Source of the DNA: Candidatus Treponema caballi
Lineage (GTDB): Bacteria; Spirochaetota; Spirochaetia; Treponematales; Treponemataceae
Assembly: GCA_018066285.1 (NCBI GenBank)
Contig: JAGHRS010000024.1
Coordinates: 1,279-65,278, forward strand
DNA: 64,000 nt
Reading direction: 5' to 3'
The notes beneath the pieces were generated by a model. The model made no database searches. It was given only the letters and a program-made list of their open reading frames with translations, and had not been told where the DNA came from. Numbering within the stretch: position 1 is the first letter of the stretch; each line of letters starts with the position of its first letter. Of this stretch, positions 42,608 through 51,890 are shown in pieces. The position numbers and the translations under genes were made by a program.

Positions 42608-44146
42608 TCAATATCCGTCGGACATTGCCCTGTTCTGGTCTTTCTGATACAGCTCCTGATAAATGGTGCTGCGCAGCTTGAGTTTATCCTTAAGATCCTG
42701 TGGGAACGGAACAAAGCGCCAGAAAATGCCTCGGACTTCTTTATCCATCTTCTGCATACCTTCTGATTCTTTTGTCATCCAGAGGACATAGTCGTTGATG
42801 AAGTATTCCTTGACGTCGCCCTTCAGTTTCTGGTTACTGAACCATTCGTAGTAATGACCTGTAAGACCTTCTTCCATCCAGTAGAAAGATGCCTGCTCCT
42901 TTGCTGTCTGCCAGCGGAGGTCTGCAACTGCGGTAAGTACGGCAATCTGCAGGTTTTTCGGGTACATAGGAACAATGATGCGTCCGCGGCTTGTTACGCG
43001 GTTGTAACGATCGAACGGCTCCCAGCAGAAACCTGAGTCTCCATATGTCGGGAGAAGCAGGACATATGGAACGATTCTGTTAGGAACGTTTTTATGGGTG
43101 CGGATGAAAGCGCCCGGATCAATTGATTCTACCCATTTAAGCTGTTCAAGGACATTTTCACGGAAGCCGGTCAGACGCGGTGTACAGTGGAAATACTCCT
43201 TTGTGTAAATCGGGAAATGGTTTCCCTGGCGGCCGCAGGTCATTTTTGCCATCTGACGGACAGTTCCGGCTTCTGTTGAAATGTCTGTACTGCTGATTTC
43301 AACTGCTGCAGGACCTGCATCAATTTTAGACTGCAGACTGTCGTTTATCTGCTTTGCTGAAGTGAATTCTGTAAGAAGTGTAGCGATTTCCTTGTCAACT
43401 TTTGAAAGCGAGCGGAGTCTGTCGATGATATCGTTGAAGAGCTTTTTCTGCGGCTCAGTGTAAGCGTAAACGTGCGGTTCCATTCCTGGAATAGGGTGAT
43501 GTTCGCACAACTGCTGTACGCGGGAAGAAACTTCTGCTTCAAGCATGGCACGCTCAGATTCCTTTAACGTGAGCTGGTTTTCTGATGTCTGCAGTTTTCC
43601 GCTGTTCTTAGCCTGTAACTGCATGAGGCGTTTTGTTTCCTCTTCGCCGGTAAGGTTCTTTTTCTGGGGACGTGCCTCATCTGTTGCTGAAAGGGTCAGA
43701 GTACCCGTTCCAAGGTCACGGAACCATTCATCAACATAATAAACCGGCTCGTTATAGGTGTTCTCAACGAAGGCAGAAGCGAACATGGCTTTCTGTTCTT
43801 CTGTGAAAAGCGTCGGAAGGATGACACCATAACGCATAGCCATGCGTTTCTCATTTGGAGTAGAGGGGAGAGACATCTTTGGTGCAAGAGAATTGAAGAA
43901 CTCCCAGTAAGCGGTAATGAGTTGCTGTCTGAATACGGAGCGGTCTTTCGGATCCTGAGAAGTCAGATATCTTGAAAGAAGATTGTGGAGCTTCTGAGAA
44001 GATTCGTTTTCTCCTGACAATGCGACCTTATAATACTGAGGATTCTGAAAGGTCGAGTTCTTTTTCTGAGAAAATTTCTCTTCAGGGACATTGATTTCTT
44101 TTCTGTTAAGATCGACACGCTGGAAATTTGGAAGGTAATCGCTCAT
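42608..44146 (-). CDS. Hypothetical 512-aa cytoplasmic protein (no recognised domain)
   Basis: Long clean ORF with a central coiled-coil-like region. No P-loop or nuclease motif seen. Confidence 0.6.
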   Translation of the reverse strand: MSDYLPNFQRVDLNRKEINVPEEKFSQKKNSTFQNPQYYKVALSGENESSQKLHNLLSRYLTSQDPKDRSVFRQQLITAYWEFFNSLAPKMSLPSTPNEKRMAMRYGVILPTLFTEEQKAMFASAFVENTYNEPVYYVDEWFRDLGTGTLTLSATDEARPQKKNLTGEEETKRLMQLQAKNSGKLQTSENQLTLKESERAMLEAEVSSRVQQLCEHHPIPGMEPHVYAYTEPQKKLFNDIIDRLRSLSKVDKEIATLLTEFTSAKQINDSLQSKIDAGPAAVEISSTDISTEAGTVRQMAKMTCGRQGNHFPIYTKEYFHCTPRLTGFRENVLEQLKWVESIDPGAFIRTHKNVPNRIVPYVLLLPTYGDSGFCWEPFDRYNRVTSRGRIIVPMYPKNLQIAVLTAVADLRWQTAKEQASFYWMEEGLTGHYYEWFSNQKLKGDVKEYFINDYVLWMTKESEGMQKMDKEVRGIFWRFVPFPQDLKDKLKLRSTIYQELYQKDQNRAMSDGY

Positions 44147-44195
44147 AGAGATAGTGTAACATCTGAATATCGATTAATCAAGTTTTCAGGTAAAA

Positions 44196-45968
44196 CTACT
44201 GCAGAAGTTGCTGTTCCTGAACCTTCCGGCTGTTGTTGGCAAGCTGGCAGATTTCTGCGATTTCAGTAGAATCGGAATCAGAGCTGAGAGCGTACCCATA
44301 TGAGAAAGTAATTTTAGCATCCGGATGACTGTCGTTGTCACGGTTCACAAGCACTTTGAGAGCCCGGAGCAGCTGTATGACCTTTCCTTCCGGCATATCC
44401 GGAAGAGCTGCAAGGAACTTTCCGTTTCCAAGATTTCCCGTGATTCCATAAGAACTGAATACCAGGTAAAGAAGGCGGGCAAAGTTATCTTCAAGGAGTG
44501 GTAATGGTGTCTGTGACAGTTTCAGTTCATCCAGATTATCAATTGAAAGCGTAATGATTGTGTATTGTGATTTTGACTCCTGCAGTTCATGAAGCAGGGC
44601 AAGCGTTTTCTGATATCCTGAGATTCCAGGTTCTGAATTTGGTTCAGAGAAGCGTTTCCATGATTCTTCAACAGTTTCCTGAATTGTTGAGGATTTGAAC
44701 CAGAGGAAGTAATCAGTCAGGGAACATGCTGTAAAAATAATGATACCGAAACTCAGGATAATCATTTCAGGAGTTCCGAAAGCCTTGATTCCCGCTGAGA
44801 AAAGCATAATGCGGATCTGTTCAGCAACCGTATAGGAACAGAGCACAAGGAAACCCGCAACAGGCAGTGAAAGCTGTTCCGGGTGAGTTTTCCACTGCCG
44901 TATGCACAGATACACGGAGTACAGGAGGACAGCGAGAAGAATGACGATAGAAACGGTGTATGTATCCATTACGTGGATGTTCGTAAAGAAAGGCAGCAGC
45001 AGTGATATAACGCAGTAAACCAGATATGCGATGGTAAAGTGCCTGAAAATGCGGTTGCTTTTTCTTGTTGAGAGCAGCTTCGGATAAATGACGAGGCATA
45101 TGGAAGCAAGCGCAAGGTAGAAAGAAAGCAGTTCCAGAATGGTGTTTAGGATTTCACTGTGAATGAAAAGCAGGATGAAGCCGAGATGGCAGAACATGCA
45201 CAGGGAAGTCCAGAACGTAAACTGTGAAATGTGGATGAGCGGCAGCAGCTTTTTTCCTAGGAAACGTGATGTTGTACAGATTACTGTGCCAAGAATTCCA
45301 AGGAAGAACATGAATACCGCTATGATGAAAGTAATGTTCCGAGCCTGCAGGAATTGGGAGAAACCATTGTGCTGCTCAATCAGCATGAAGTTTGGCACTG
45401 AGAAAATGCTGTTTCTTTCAGATGCTGTTACGGTAACGGTTATCGGCTGGGAGAAATCGGCATCTTTAAGCGGAATCTGGTTTATCATTGCAGTTTGATT
45501 GGATGCCTCTCCGCTTTCAACTGAATAAATGGTTCTTCCTGCATTGGTTACAGATATGCTGCCTCTGACAGACTCAAATACAAGTGAAGGATATGCAAGA
45601 CTGCATTCAGGACAGGAGATGACACAGGTGAGTACATCGCCACGGTTCATTGCAGTGAGGAGTACTTCTCCGGATGAGAGCTGTGTATATGTTCTGCCAT
45701 TTGTTTTTGTTAATGAGATTTCAGAAACATCATCTGAGAGAAGCAGTTTCTGTGAAAAAGTACCAGAAAAAAAAACCAGTGCAAGTAATATGACGAGGAA
45801 AGCACCGCATAAAATGAGAAATCTTTTGATGTCGTTTAATGTATCTGTTTCGTTATCAGTAGCCAAAAGTGCCTTCCAGAGATTCGTCGTTATCAATCCA
45901 GTCTTTGACTTCAATGATGCGGTAATTGTCTTTATCATCGCGTACAATGACTTTTTCAATGCCGGCAT
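44196..45968 (-). CDS. 7TM receptor-like membrane protein with extracytoplasmic N-domain and degenerate GGDEF-like C-domain
   Basis: One TM, then about 170 aa outside, about 7 TM, then a cytoplasmic domain where the GGDEF position reads NLGNGKF. The start is uncertain (ATG 45968 or 45938, or TTG 45866), because the ORF overlaps the dCMP deaminase gene. Confidence 0.6.
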   Translation of the reverse strand: MPALKKSLYAMIKTITASLKSKTGLITTNLWKALLATDNETDTLNDIKRFLILCGAFLVILLALVFFSGTFSQKLLLSDDVSEISLTKTNGRTYTQLSSGEVLLTAMNRGDVLTCVISCPECSLAYPSLVFESVRGSISVTNAGRTIYSVESGEASNQTAMINQIPLKDADFSQPITVTVTASERNSIFSVPNFMLIEQHNGFSQFLQARNITFIIAVFMFFLGILGTVICTTSRFLGKKLLPLIHISQFTFWTSLCMFCHLGFILLFIHSEILNTILELLSFYLALASICLVIYPKLLSTRKSNRIFRHFTIAYLVYCVISLLLPFFTNIHVMDTYTVSIVILLAVLLYSVYLCIRQWKTHPEQLSLPVAGFLVLCSYTVAEQIRIMLFSAGIKAFGTPEMIILSFGIIIFTACSLTDYFLWFKSSTIQETVEESWKRFSEPNSEPGISGYQKTLALLHELQESKSQYTIITLSIDNLDELKLSQTPLPLLEDNFARLLYLVFSSYGITGNLGNGKFLAALPDMPEGKVIQLLRALKVLVNRDNDSHPDAKITFSYGYALSSDSDSTEIAEICQLANNSRKVQEQQLLQ

Positions 45969-46353
45969 TTATGACAAGCCGCTTGCACATTGAGCAGCAG
46001 ACAGCGTTTTTTATGTAAGAGCCGTCTGAGACTTCAACACCGGCAAGATACAAAGAAGAGCCAAGCATTTTGTCACGACTGGTACTGATTATTGCGTTAG
46101 CTTCTGCGTGAACGCTGCGGCAGAGCTCATACCGCTCGCCACGTGGGATATTGAGTTTCTGTCTGACGCACATGCCCAGATCGGTGCAGTTTTTCCGCTG
46201 TCTTGGGGCTCCGACATATCCTGTGGATATGACTTCATCATTTTTTACAATGACTGCTCCATAATGGCGCCGGAGGCATGTACTGCGCTGAGATACAACT
46301 TCAGCAAGATCAAGATAGTAGTTATTTTTATCCCTTCGTTCCATATTTCTCAT
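45856..46353 (-). CDS. dCMP (deoxycytidylate) deaminase, ComEB family
   Basis: HAEANAI and CSMCKRLVINAGI zinc motifs in 165 aa. Confidence 0.9.
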   Translation of the reverse strand: MRNMERRDKNNYYLDLAEVVSQRSTCLRRHYGAVIVKNDEVISTGYVGAPRQRKNCTDLGMCVRQKLNIPRGERYELCRSVHAEANAIISTSRDKMLGSSLYLAGVEVSDGSYIKNAVCCSMCKRLVINAGIEKVIVRDDKDNYRIIEVKDWIDNDESLEGTFGY

Positions 46354-46393
46354 TATATCTCATTTTTTTGGATTAAAACAGTCTGAATATGTT

Positions 46394-48883
46394 ATGATTA
46401 GTAGTATGAAAAATAGTTTGTGGTACAAAAAACCGGCTTCTGACTGGAACGAAGCTCTTCCACTTGGCTCTGGCCGTCTTGGCATGATGATTTTTGGCCA
46501 GCCTTGCTTTGAGGTTGTGCAGCTCAATGAGGACTCAGTCTGGTCTGGCATGTTCCGAAACCGTAATAATCCGGATGCGCTGAAAACCCTTCCCGAGGTG
46601 CGCCGCCTGCTTTCCGAAGGCGACATCCGCGGGGCACAGAAGCTCGCCATGGAAGGCCTGAGCGGCGTTCCCACACAGGAAAGGGGCTACCAGACCGCCG
46701 GCAATCTGAACATAACGCACCTCGCTGACTGCGCCACCGGCTGCCACGGAGAGTTCCCGCTGCCAGATGCCCCGCTCGGCGGAGAAAACGCTTCAGGCGT
46801 CACAAACTATCGGCGCGAGCTTACTCTTTCAACAGCAGTTGCGTCCGTTTCCTTTGAGAGTGCCGGCATCCGCTTTACCAGAGAATACTTCGCCACAGCC
46901 GCTGACGATGTGCTTGTCATCCGCATTTCAGCAGATAAGCCGGGCGCTGTCAGTTTCAGGGCGTCTCTTGACCGCGGCGCTTTTGAAGACACGAAAGGCG
47001 CAGTTGACGGCCGTACTGTCTTCATGGCCGATTCTCACGGCGTTCCGTTTTTTGAGGCTGTCCGGGCTGTGGCAGATGGCGGTACTGTGCGTACTGCAGG
47101 CGAGTTCCTGATTGTAGAGAACGCCGACGATGCCATTTTATTCGTTGATATAGAGACCGCTTTCCGGGAAGCTGATCCGCGTGCCGCCTGCCTTAAGAAA
47201 CTTGATGAGGCAGTTGCCTGGGTTGATGCGATAAACGCTGAAGAAGCGCTCAGACAGCAGGCTTCTGGTTCATATTCAGGATCTGAACCTGCTTTCAAGA
47301 CCGCGCCCTCAGACGTGCTTTCTTCTGTGGATGACATTTCCATGCGGCACATGGGGGCAGCGCTTGCCTGTGCATCAGCTTTTTCTGTTGTTGATGACAG
47401 ATCAAAGGCGACCGTTCCCGTAAAAGCAGCAGGCGCCGCGTATGCTGCCCTTAAAATGCGCCACACCTCTGAGTATCAGCAGTATTTCGACAGGATGGAG
47501 CTGCGTCTGGGCGCCGCGCAAGATGAGCTGCCGACAGACGAGCGGCTTGCTGCTTTTGACGGCTCAGATCTTGATCTTATCCGCCTGTACGCTGATTTCG
47601 GCCGTTATCTGCTGATTTCGAGCAGCCGCCCCGGTACGCTTCCCGCAAACCTGCAGGGCATCTGGTGCAAGGATATTGAGTCGCCGTGGGGCAGCAAGTA
47701 CACCATCAACATTAATACCGAGATGAACTACTGGCCAGCTGCCATGTGCAACCTTGCTGAAATGGAAGAGCCGCTGTTTGACCTGCTTGAGCGCATGGTT
47801 CCGAACGGCCGCGAAACGGCAAGGAACATGTACGGCTGCCGTGGCTTTACCGCACACCACAATACCGACATCTGGGGCGACACTGCACCGCAGGACATCT
47901 GGCTGCCTGCAAGCTACTGGGTGCTTGGCGCCGCCTGGCTCTGTACTCACGTCATTACTCACTTTGAATACACGCAGGACATGGATTTCCTGAAACGGAT
48001 GTATCCGGTGCTTCATGAGGCATGTCTTTTCTTTGTGGATTTCCTGACAGAAGGGACAGAGGATGTCCCTCTGAAAGACGACCGCGTCGTCAAAAACCTG
48101 ACGGTGAATCCATCCACGTCGCCGGAGAACACGTACCGCCTTCCGAACGGGCAGACGGGCTGCATGTGCCCTGGATGCGAAATGGACAACCGCATACTGG
48201 AACAGCTTTTCTCAGGCACGATTCATGCGGCTGCCCTGCTTGGTGAAACTGAGGACGTGGACGCGTTCAATGCTGTACTCGAGCGGCTCCTCCCGCCGGT
48301 TGTCGGAAGCGATGGCCGCATCCGCGAATGGAACGGCGAGTTTGAGGAAGTTGAGCCGGGCCACAGACACATTTCACATCTGTACGGACTGTTCCCGGGT
48401 AACACAATCAACCGTTTTGACACACCAGAACTGGCCCGGGCGGCTGAAAAGATGCTGGAGCACCGGCTTTCACATGGCGGTGGCCACACAGGCTGGAGCC
48501 GCGCCTGGATCATCAACTTTTACGCATCGCTTGGAAACGGAGAAAAGGCGGGCGAAAACGTCAGCGCACTTCTTGCAAAATCAACGCTCGGCAACCTGTT
48601 CGACAACCATCCGCCGTTCCAGATTGACGGCAACTTTGGCGGGCTTACGGGCATCATCCGCATGTTGGTGCAGAGCCGCATAAAGGACGGAAAAGTGCTT
48701 GTTGAGCTTCTGCCCGCCCTGCCTGATTCCTGGAAGGACGGAAGTCTCCGCGGTGTGGCGCTGAAGGGCAATCTGCTTGCTGATTTTGAGTGGAAGGGCG
48801 GAAAACTCACGCAGTATGCTGTGTATCCGGTTGAAGGAAAAGAGCCGTTTCCGTACACGCTTATCATGCCCGAAGAAAGATAA
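46394..48883 (+). CDS. Glycoside hydrolase family 95 (alpha-L-fucosidase-like)
   Basis: N-terminus LWYKKPASDWNEALPLGSGRLGMMIFG...VQLNEDSVWSG and downstream YTININTEMNYWP and GWSRAWIINFYA are typical of GH95. An alternative ATG is at 46409. Confidence 0.85.
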   Translation: MISSMKNSLWYKKPASDWNEALPLGSGRLGMMIFGQPCFEVVQLNEDSVWSGMFRNRNNPDALKTLPEVRRLLSEGDIRGAQKLAMEGLSGVPTQERGYQTAGNLNITHLADCATGCHGEFPLPDAPLGGENASGVTNYRRELTLSTAVASVSFESAGIRFTREYFATAADDVLVIRISADKPGAVSFRASLDRGAFEDTKGAVDGRTVFMADSHGVPFFEAVRAVADGGTVRTAGEFLIVENADDAILFVDIETAFREADPRAACLKKLDEAVAWVDAINAEEALRQQASGSYSGSEPAFKTAPSDVLSSVDDISMRHMGAALACASAFSVVDDRSKATVPVKAAGAAYAALKMRHTSEYQQYFDRMELRLGAAQDELPTDERLAAFDGSDLDLIRLYADFGRYLLISSSRPGTLPANLQGIWCKDIESPWGSKYTININTEMNYWPAAMCNLAEMEEPLFDLLERMVPNGRETARNMYGCRGFTAHHNTDIWGDTAPQDIWLPASYWVLGAAWLCTHVITHFEYTQDMDFLKRMYPVLHEACLFFVDFLTEGTEDVPLKDDRVVKNLTVNPSTSPENTYRLPNGQTGCMCPGCEMDNRILEQLFSGTIHAAALLGETEDVDAFNAVLERLLPPVVGSDGRIREWNGEFEEVEPGHRHISHLYGLFPGNTINRFDTPELARAAEKMLEHRLSHGGGHTGWSRAWIINFYASLGNGEKAGENVSALLAKSTLGNLFDNHPPFQIDGNFGGLTGIIRMLVQSRIKDGKVLVELLPALPDSWKDGSLRGVALKGNLLADFEWKGGKLTQYAVYPVEGKEPFPYTLIMPEER

Positions 48884-48898
48884 CTCTGCTGATAAGGC

Positions 48899-50008
48899 AT
48901 GTGCGCCAAACGCTGCCGGATGTGCTATACTTCCCGTATGGCAGAATTAAAATCATTCGCATTACGCGACATTCCTCACCGCATTCACGGCAGGACAGGT
49001 ACGCCCGACATTACGGGCACAGAAGATATAGCCCTTTTCTGGCACGGCAGCGCGCTTGAAGTAAAAGTAAGCGCTTCAGAACTGTGGGTTGATGTATCCG
49101 TCGACTTTGAAATCCACGAACCGTGGGTCCTCATCGAGATAAACGGCGCGCTCATCGGCCGTCAGATGCTGCAGCGCGGCGGGCAGAAAGTGTGTCTTTT
49201 CCGGAACTTTGACCCGACGCTTGTCCACACAGTGAAGTTCATCAAGGATACGCAGGCCATGAACGATGACGACGAGAAAATCCACTCGCTTGTCGTGCGC
49301 GGTATTGAAGCGTCTGATGCTAAGTTCTTCCCGGTGGATGAGCATCCGTACAAGTTCGAGTTCATCGGCGACAGCATTACGAGCGGCGAAGGCCTCCGCG
49401 GTGCACATGAAGAAATGCAGTGGATTACTGCCTGGATGAGCACCATCAACCAATACGGAGTTGCAACCGCGCGTCATTTCAATGCAGAATACCGCTTTGT
49501 CTCACAGGGCGGCTGGGGCATCATCTCCGGATGGGACGGGGATCTGCGACATACGATTCCGTCAGTGTACAAGAAGATTTGCGGCGTTACTCACGGGGAA
49601 CGCAACGTGAAGATGGGAAGCCAGCATGACTATGATTTTGCTTCCTGGCAGCCGGATGCAGTCATCATCAACCTTGGAACAAATGATTCGACAGCGTTCT
49701 CTACGGGTGTTGCGAAAGTGACCCGCGCCCAGTTTGTCGATGCCGCTGTTGATTTCCTTAAAACAGTCCGTGAGAATAATCCAAAAGCATATATCGTATG
49801 GATTTATGGGATGTGCGAAGTTGGCCTTACCCGTGAGATTGGAAACGCAGTTTCACGCTATATTGCTGAAACAGGGGATGAGCGTATCGCGTATCAGACA
49901 GCGGTAACGATGACCGAACAGTCGTTCGGTTCGCGTCAGCACCCGGGTCCGCTTATCCACGAAAAGGCAGCCAACCAGCTGATTTCTTTCCTGAGCCAGG
50001 TGCTCTGA
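48899..50008 (+). CDS. SGNH/GDSL hydrolase with an N-terminal beta-sandwich (CE2-like carbohydrate esterase)
   Basis: FEFIGDSITSGEG and INLGTNDS blocks. The start could be 48899, 48920 or 48938. Confidence 0.75.
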   Translation: MCAKRCRMCYTSRMAELKSFALRDIPHRIHGRTGTPDITGTEDIALFWHGSALEVKVSASELWVDVSVDFEIHEPWVLIEINGALIGRQMLQRGGQKVCLFRNFDPTLVHTVKFIKDTQAMNDDDEKIHSLVVRGIEASDAKFFPVDEHPYKFEFIGDSITSGEGLRGAHEEMQWITAWMSTINQYGVATARHFNAEYRFVSQGGWGIISGWDGDLRHTIPSVYKKICGVTHGERNVKMGSQHDYDFASWQPDAVIINLGTNDSTAFSTGVAKVTRAQFVDAAVDFLKTVRENNPKAYIVWIYGMCEVGLTREIGNAVSRYIAETGDERIAYQTAVTMTEQSFGSRQHPGPLIHEKAANQLISFLSQVL

Positions 50009-50009
50009 G

Positions 50010-51854
50010 ATGAAACCGCTTTTCGCCGACAGCCGCCCGCTTGATGAACGCGCGCGCAAGGACTACGGCCTTACCACAGAGACGATGATGGAGCACGCCG
50101 CCATGGCCCTCGAAGCCGCCGTCCGCCGCGCGCTTGCCCGCACTCTGCTTTCAGAAGCTCAGAACGCTGACAAGGCCGCGTCCGCTTCTAAGGCCTGCGT
50201 GCCCGATTTGCTTTCCGACGCTCAGGACGCAAATAAGGCAACGTCCGCTTTCAAGGCAGCGGGCGCCCCGCGCGTCCTCATAGTCTGCGGCTCCGGCGAC
50301 AACGGCGGCGACGGATACGCGCTGGCCCGCCGTCTGCTTTCAGAGGCTGCGTGTGCTGACGGTTCGCTTTCTGAACCTTCATCTGCAGATAAGCCATCAG
50401 ACGCTTATAAGGCAACGGGCGCCCTCCCGCCGGAAAGTGTCGTCGTGTTTGCGGCTCGTCCGCCAAAGTCAGCCGCCTGCATTGCACAGGCTGAACGAGC
50501 CGAAAAAGCAGGCGTGCGTATTATTACTGACCTGCCGTCTTTAAACGCCGCGGCGGCCGTTGTCGACTGTCTTTTTGGAAGCGGTTTTCACGGCGCACCA
50601 GATGATGCAACTGCCGCCCTCATTGAAAAACTGAACGCGCTCGACGCTTGGAAAATAGCGTGCGATATCCCGAGCTGCCTGCCGTTTCTGGTGGCATCTG
50701 CAGATAAGGCATCTGTCGCTTTTAAGGCAGGGGCGCCCGTGTTCCGCGCGGATGAGACAATCACCATGGGCGCGCTCAAATTCGTTTTGTACGAAGATTT
50801 TGCAAAAGATTGGACGGGCGCCATCACTTGCGCGCCGCTCGGTGTGCCGCGTGAGCAGTTCGAGGCTCCATCCGCTTCGGTACCTGCCCCTGAAGCCTGG
50901 TTGCTTGAGGAAAGCGACCTGGTCCTTCCGCACCGCACAAAGCAGAACAGTAACAAGGGCACATACGGCCATGCAGCAATCGTTGTTGGCGACAAGTGCG
51001 GTGCAGGCATCATCGCGGGAACGGCTGCGTTAACGTACGGGGCAGGTCTTGTAACGCTCGTCACTGACAGGGATCTTGCCGCGCCCGAGTTCCTGCGCCA
51101 GGCCCAGCCGGCTGACAGATATGCTGAAGGCGTCTGTATGCTGATGCAGTCTCCGTCTTTTCCTGAAAACACGACGGCCGCTGCCCTTGGAATGGGACTT
51201 GGCCGCGATGAAGCTGCCATCGCCCGCGGTCAGCTGTTCCTTGATGAACTGATGAAGCGGCCTTCTGCCGGCGTCGTTATTGATGCCGACATGTGCTATC
51301 ACCCGGGCGTTCCCGCGTTCCTGAAAGCGCGCGCGGCAGGCCTTGAAAGCGTACAAGGGCCTGCTTTGGCAAGTGCAGCTGATATAAGCGGGGCCGGCTG
51401 TGAAAGCGCACCCCACTTCCGTACGGTGATTACGCCGCATCCGAAAGAGTTCAGTGCGCTGCTCGGACTGTGCGGTTTTGGCACGTTCTCCGTGAAAGAA
51501 ATCCAGTCACGGAGATGTGAGTTTGCACGCTTGTTCGCATCCGCATATCCAGGCGTTGTGCTCATCCTTAAGGGCGCGAATCTCGTCATTGCATGCGCAT
51601 CCGGCTCATCCGCTGACAGTGTCGGCTCATCCGCGTGTGAGCTGCTCGTGAATCCGCTCGGAATGCCGTGCCTCGCAAAAGCAGGATCTGGCGACGTTCT
51701 TGCAGGCCTTACAGCAGCGCTCCTCGCTCAGGGATGGGATGCGTTCGAAGCCGCGAAACAGGCTTCGCTCGCCCACACCTGTGCATCCCGCAGAATCAAG
51801 AACGATTTCGCCATGACGCCCTTTTCGCTGATGGATGAAATTGCGCAATTATAG
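50010..51854 (+). CDS. nnr: Bifunctional NAD(P)H-hydrate repair enzyme Nnr (epimerase plus ADP-dependent dehydratase)
   Basis: YjeF-N motif VCGSGDNGGDGYALARRL and C-terminal kinase-fold motifs (KGTYGHAAIVVG, AKAGSGDVLAG). The length is inflated by in-frame repeats. Confidence 0.9.
   Translation: MKPLFADSRPLDERARKDYGLTTETMMEHAAMALEAAVRRALARTLLSEAQNADKAASASKACVPDLLSDAQDANKATSAFKAAGAPRVLIVCGSGDNGGDGYALARRLLSEAACADGSLSEPSSADKPSDAYKATGALPPESVVVFAARPPKSAACIAQAERAEKAGVRIITDLPSLNAAAAVVDCLFGSGFHGAPDDATAALIEKLNALDAWKIACDIPSCLPFLVASADKASVAFKAGAPVFRADETITMGALKFVLYEDFAKDWTGAITCAPLGVPREQFEAPSASVPAPEAWLLEESDLVLPHRTKQNSNKGTYGHAAIVVGDKCGAGIIAGTAALTYGAGLVTLVTDRDLAAPEFLRQAQPADRYAEGVCMLMQSPSFPENTTAAALGMGLGRDEAAIARGQLFLDELMKRPSAGVVIDADMCYHPGVPAFLKARAAGLESVQGPALASAADISGAGCESAPHFRTVITPHPKEFSALLGLCGFGTFSVKEIQSRRCEFARLFASAYPGVVLILKGANLVIACASGSSADSVGSSACELLVNPLGMPCLAKAGSGDVLAGLTAALLAQGWDAFEAAKQASLAHTCASRRIKNDFAMTPFSLMDEIAQL
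50145..50424 (+). repeat. In-frame GC-rich repeat copies 1-3 inside nnr
   Basis: Copies at 50145-50204, 50208-50269 (63-bp offset) and 50334-50424 share CTGCTTTC(A/C)GA...GC(A/T)GA(C/T)AAGGC...CGCTT(C/T)(T/C)AAGGC...GGGCGCCC. They encode LLSEAQNADKAASASKA..., LLSDAQDANKATSAFKAAGAP and LLSEAA...SSADKPSDAYKATGA. Confidence 0.65.
50697..50738 (+). repeat. In-frame GC-rich repeat copy 4 inside nnr
   Basis: TCTGCAGATAAGGCATCTGTCGCTTTTAAGGCAGGGGCGCCC compared with TCTGCAGATAAGCCATCAGACGCTTATAAGGCAACGGGCGCCC at 50382-50424. Confidence 0.7.
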
Positions 51855-51890
51855 TAAGATGACATATCCGATTAGTTTACAGGTGGATTT

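Noticed and set aside
50588-51220. 210-aa antisense ORF inside nnr, plus similar antisense ORFs at 4356-4874, 6327-6926, 35265-35720, 56294-57040, 14409-14996 and several in 20152-21490
   Set aside because: All lie opposite genes with clear family motifs. They occur in GC-rich or low-complexity DNA where stop codons are rare. Their Ala/Arg/Ser/Pro-rich translations carry no motifs.
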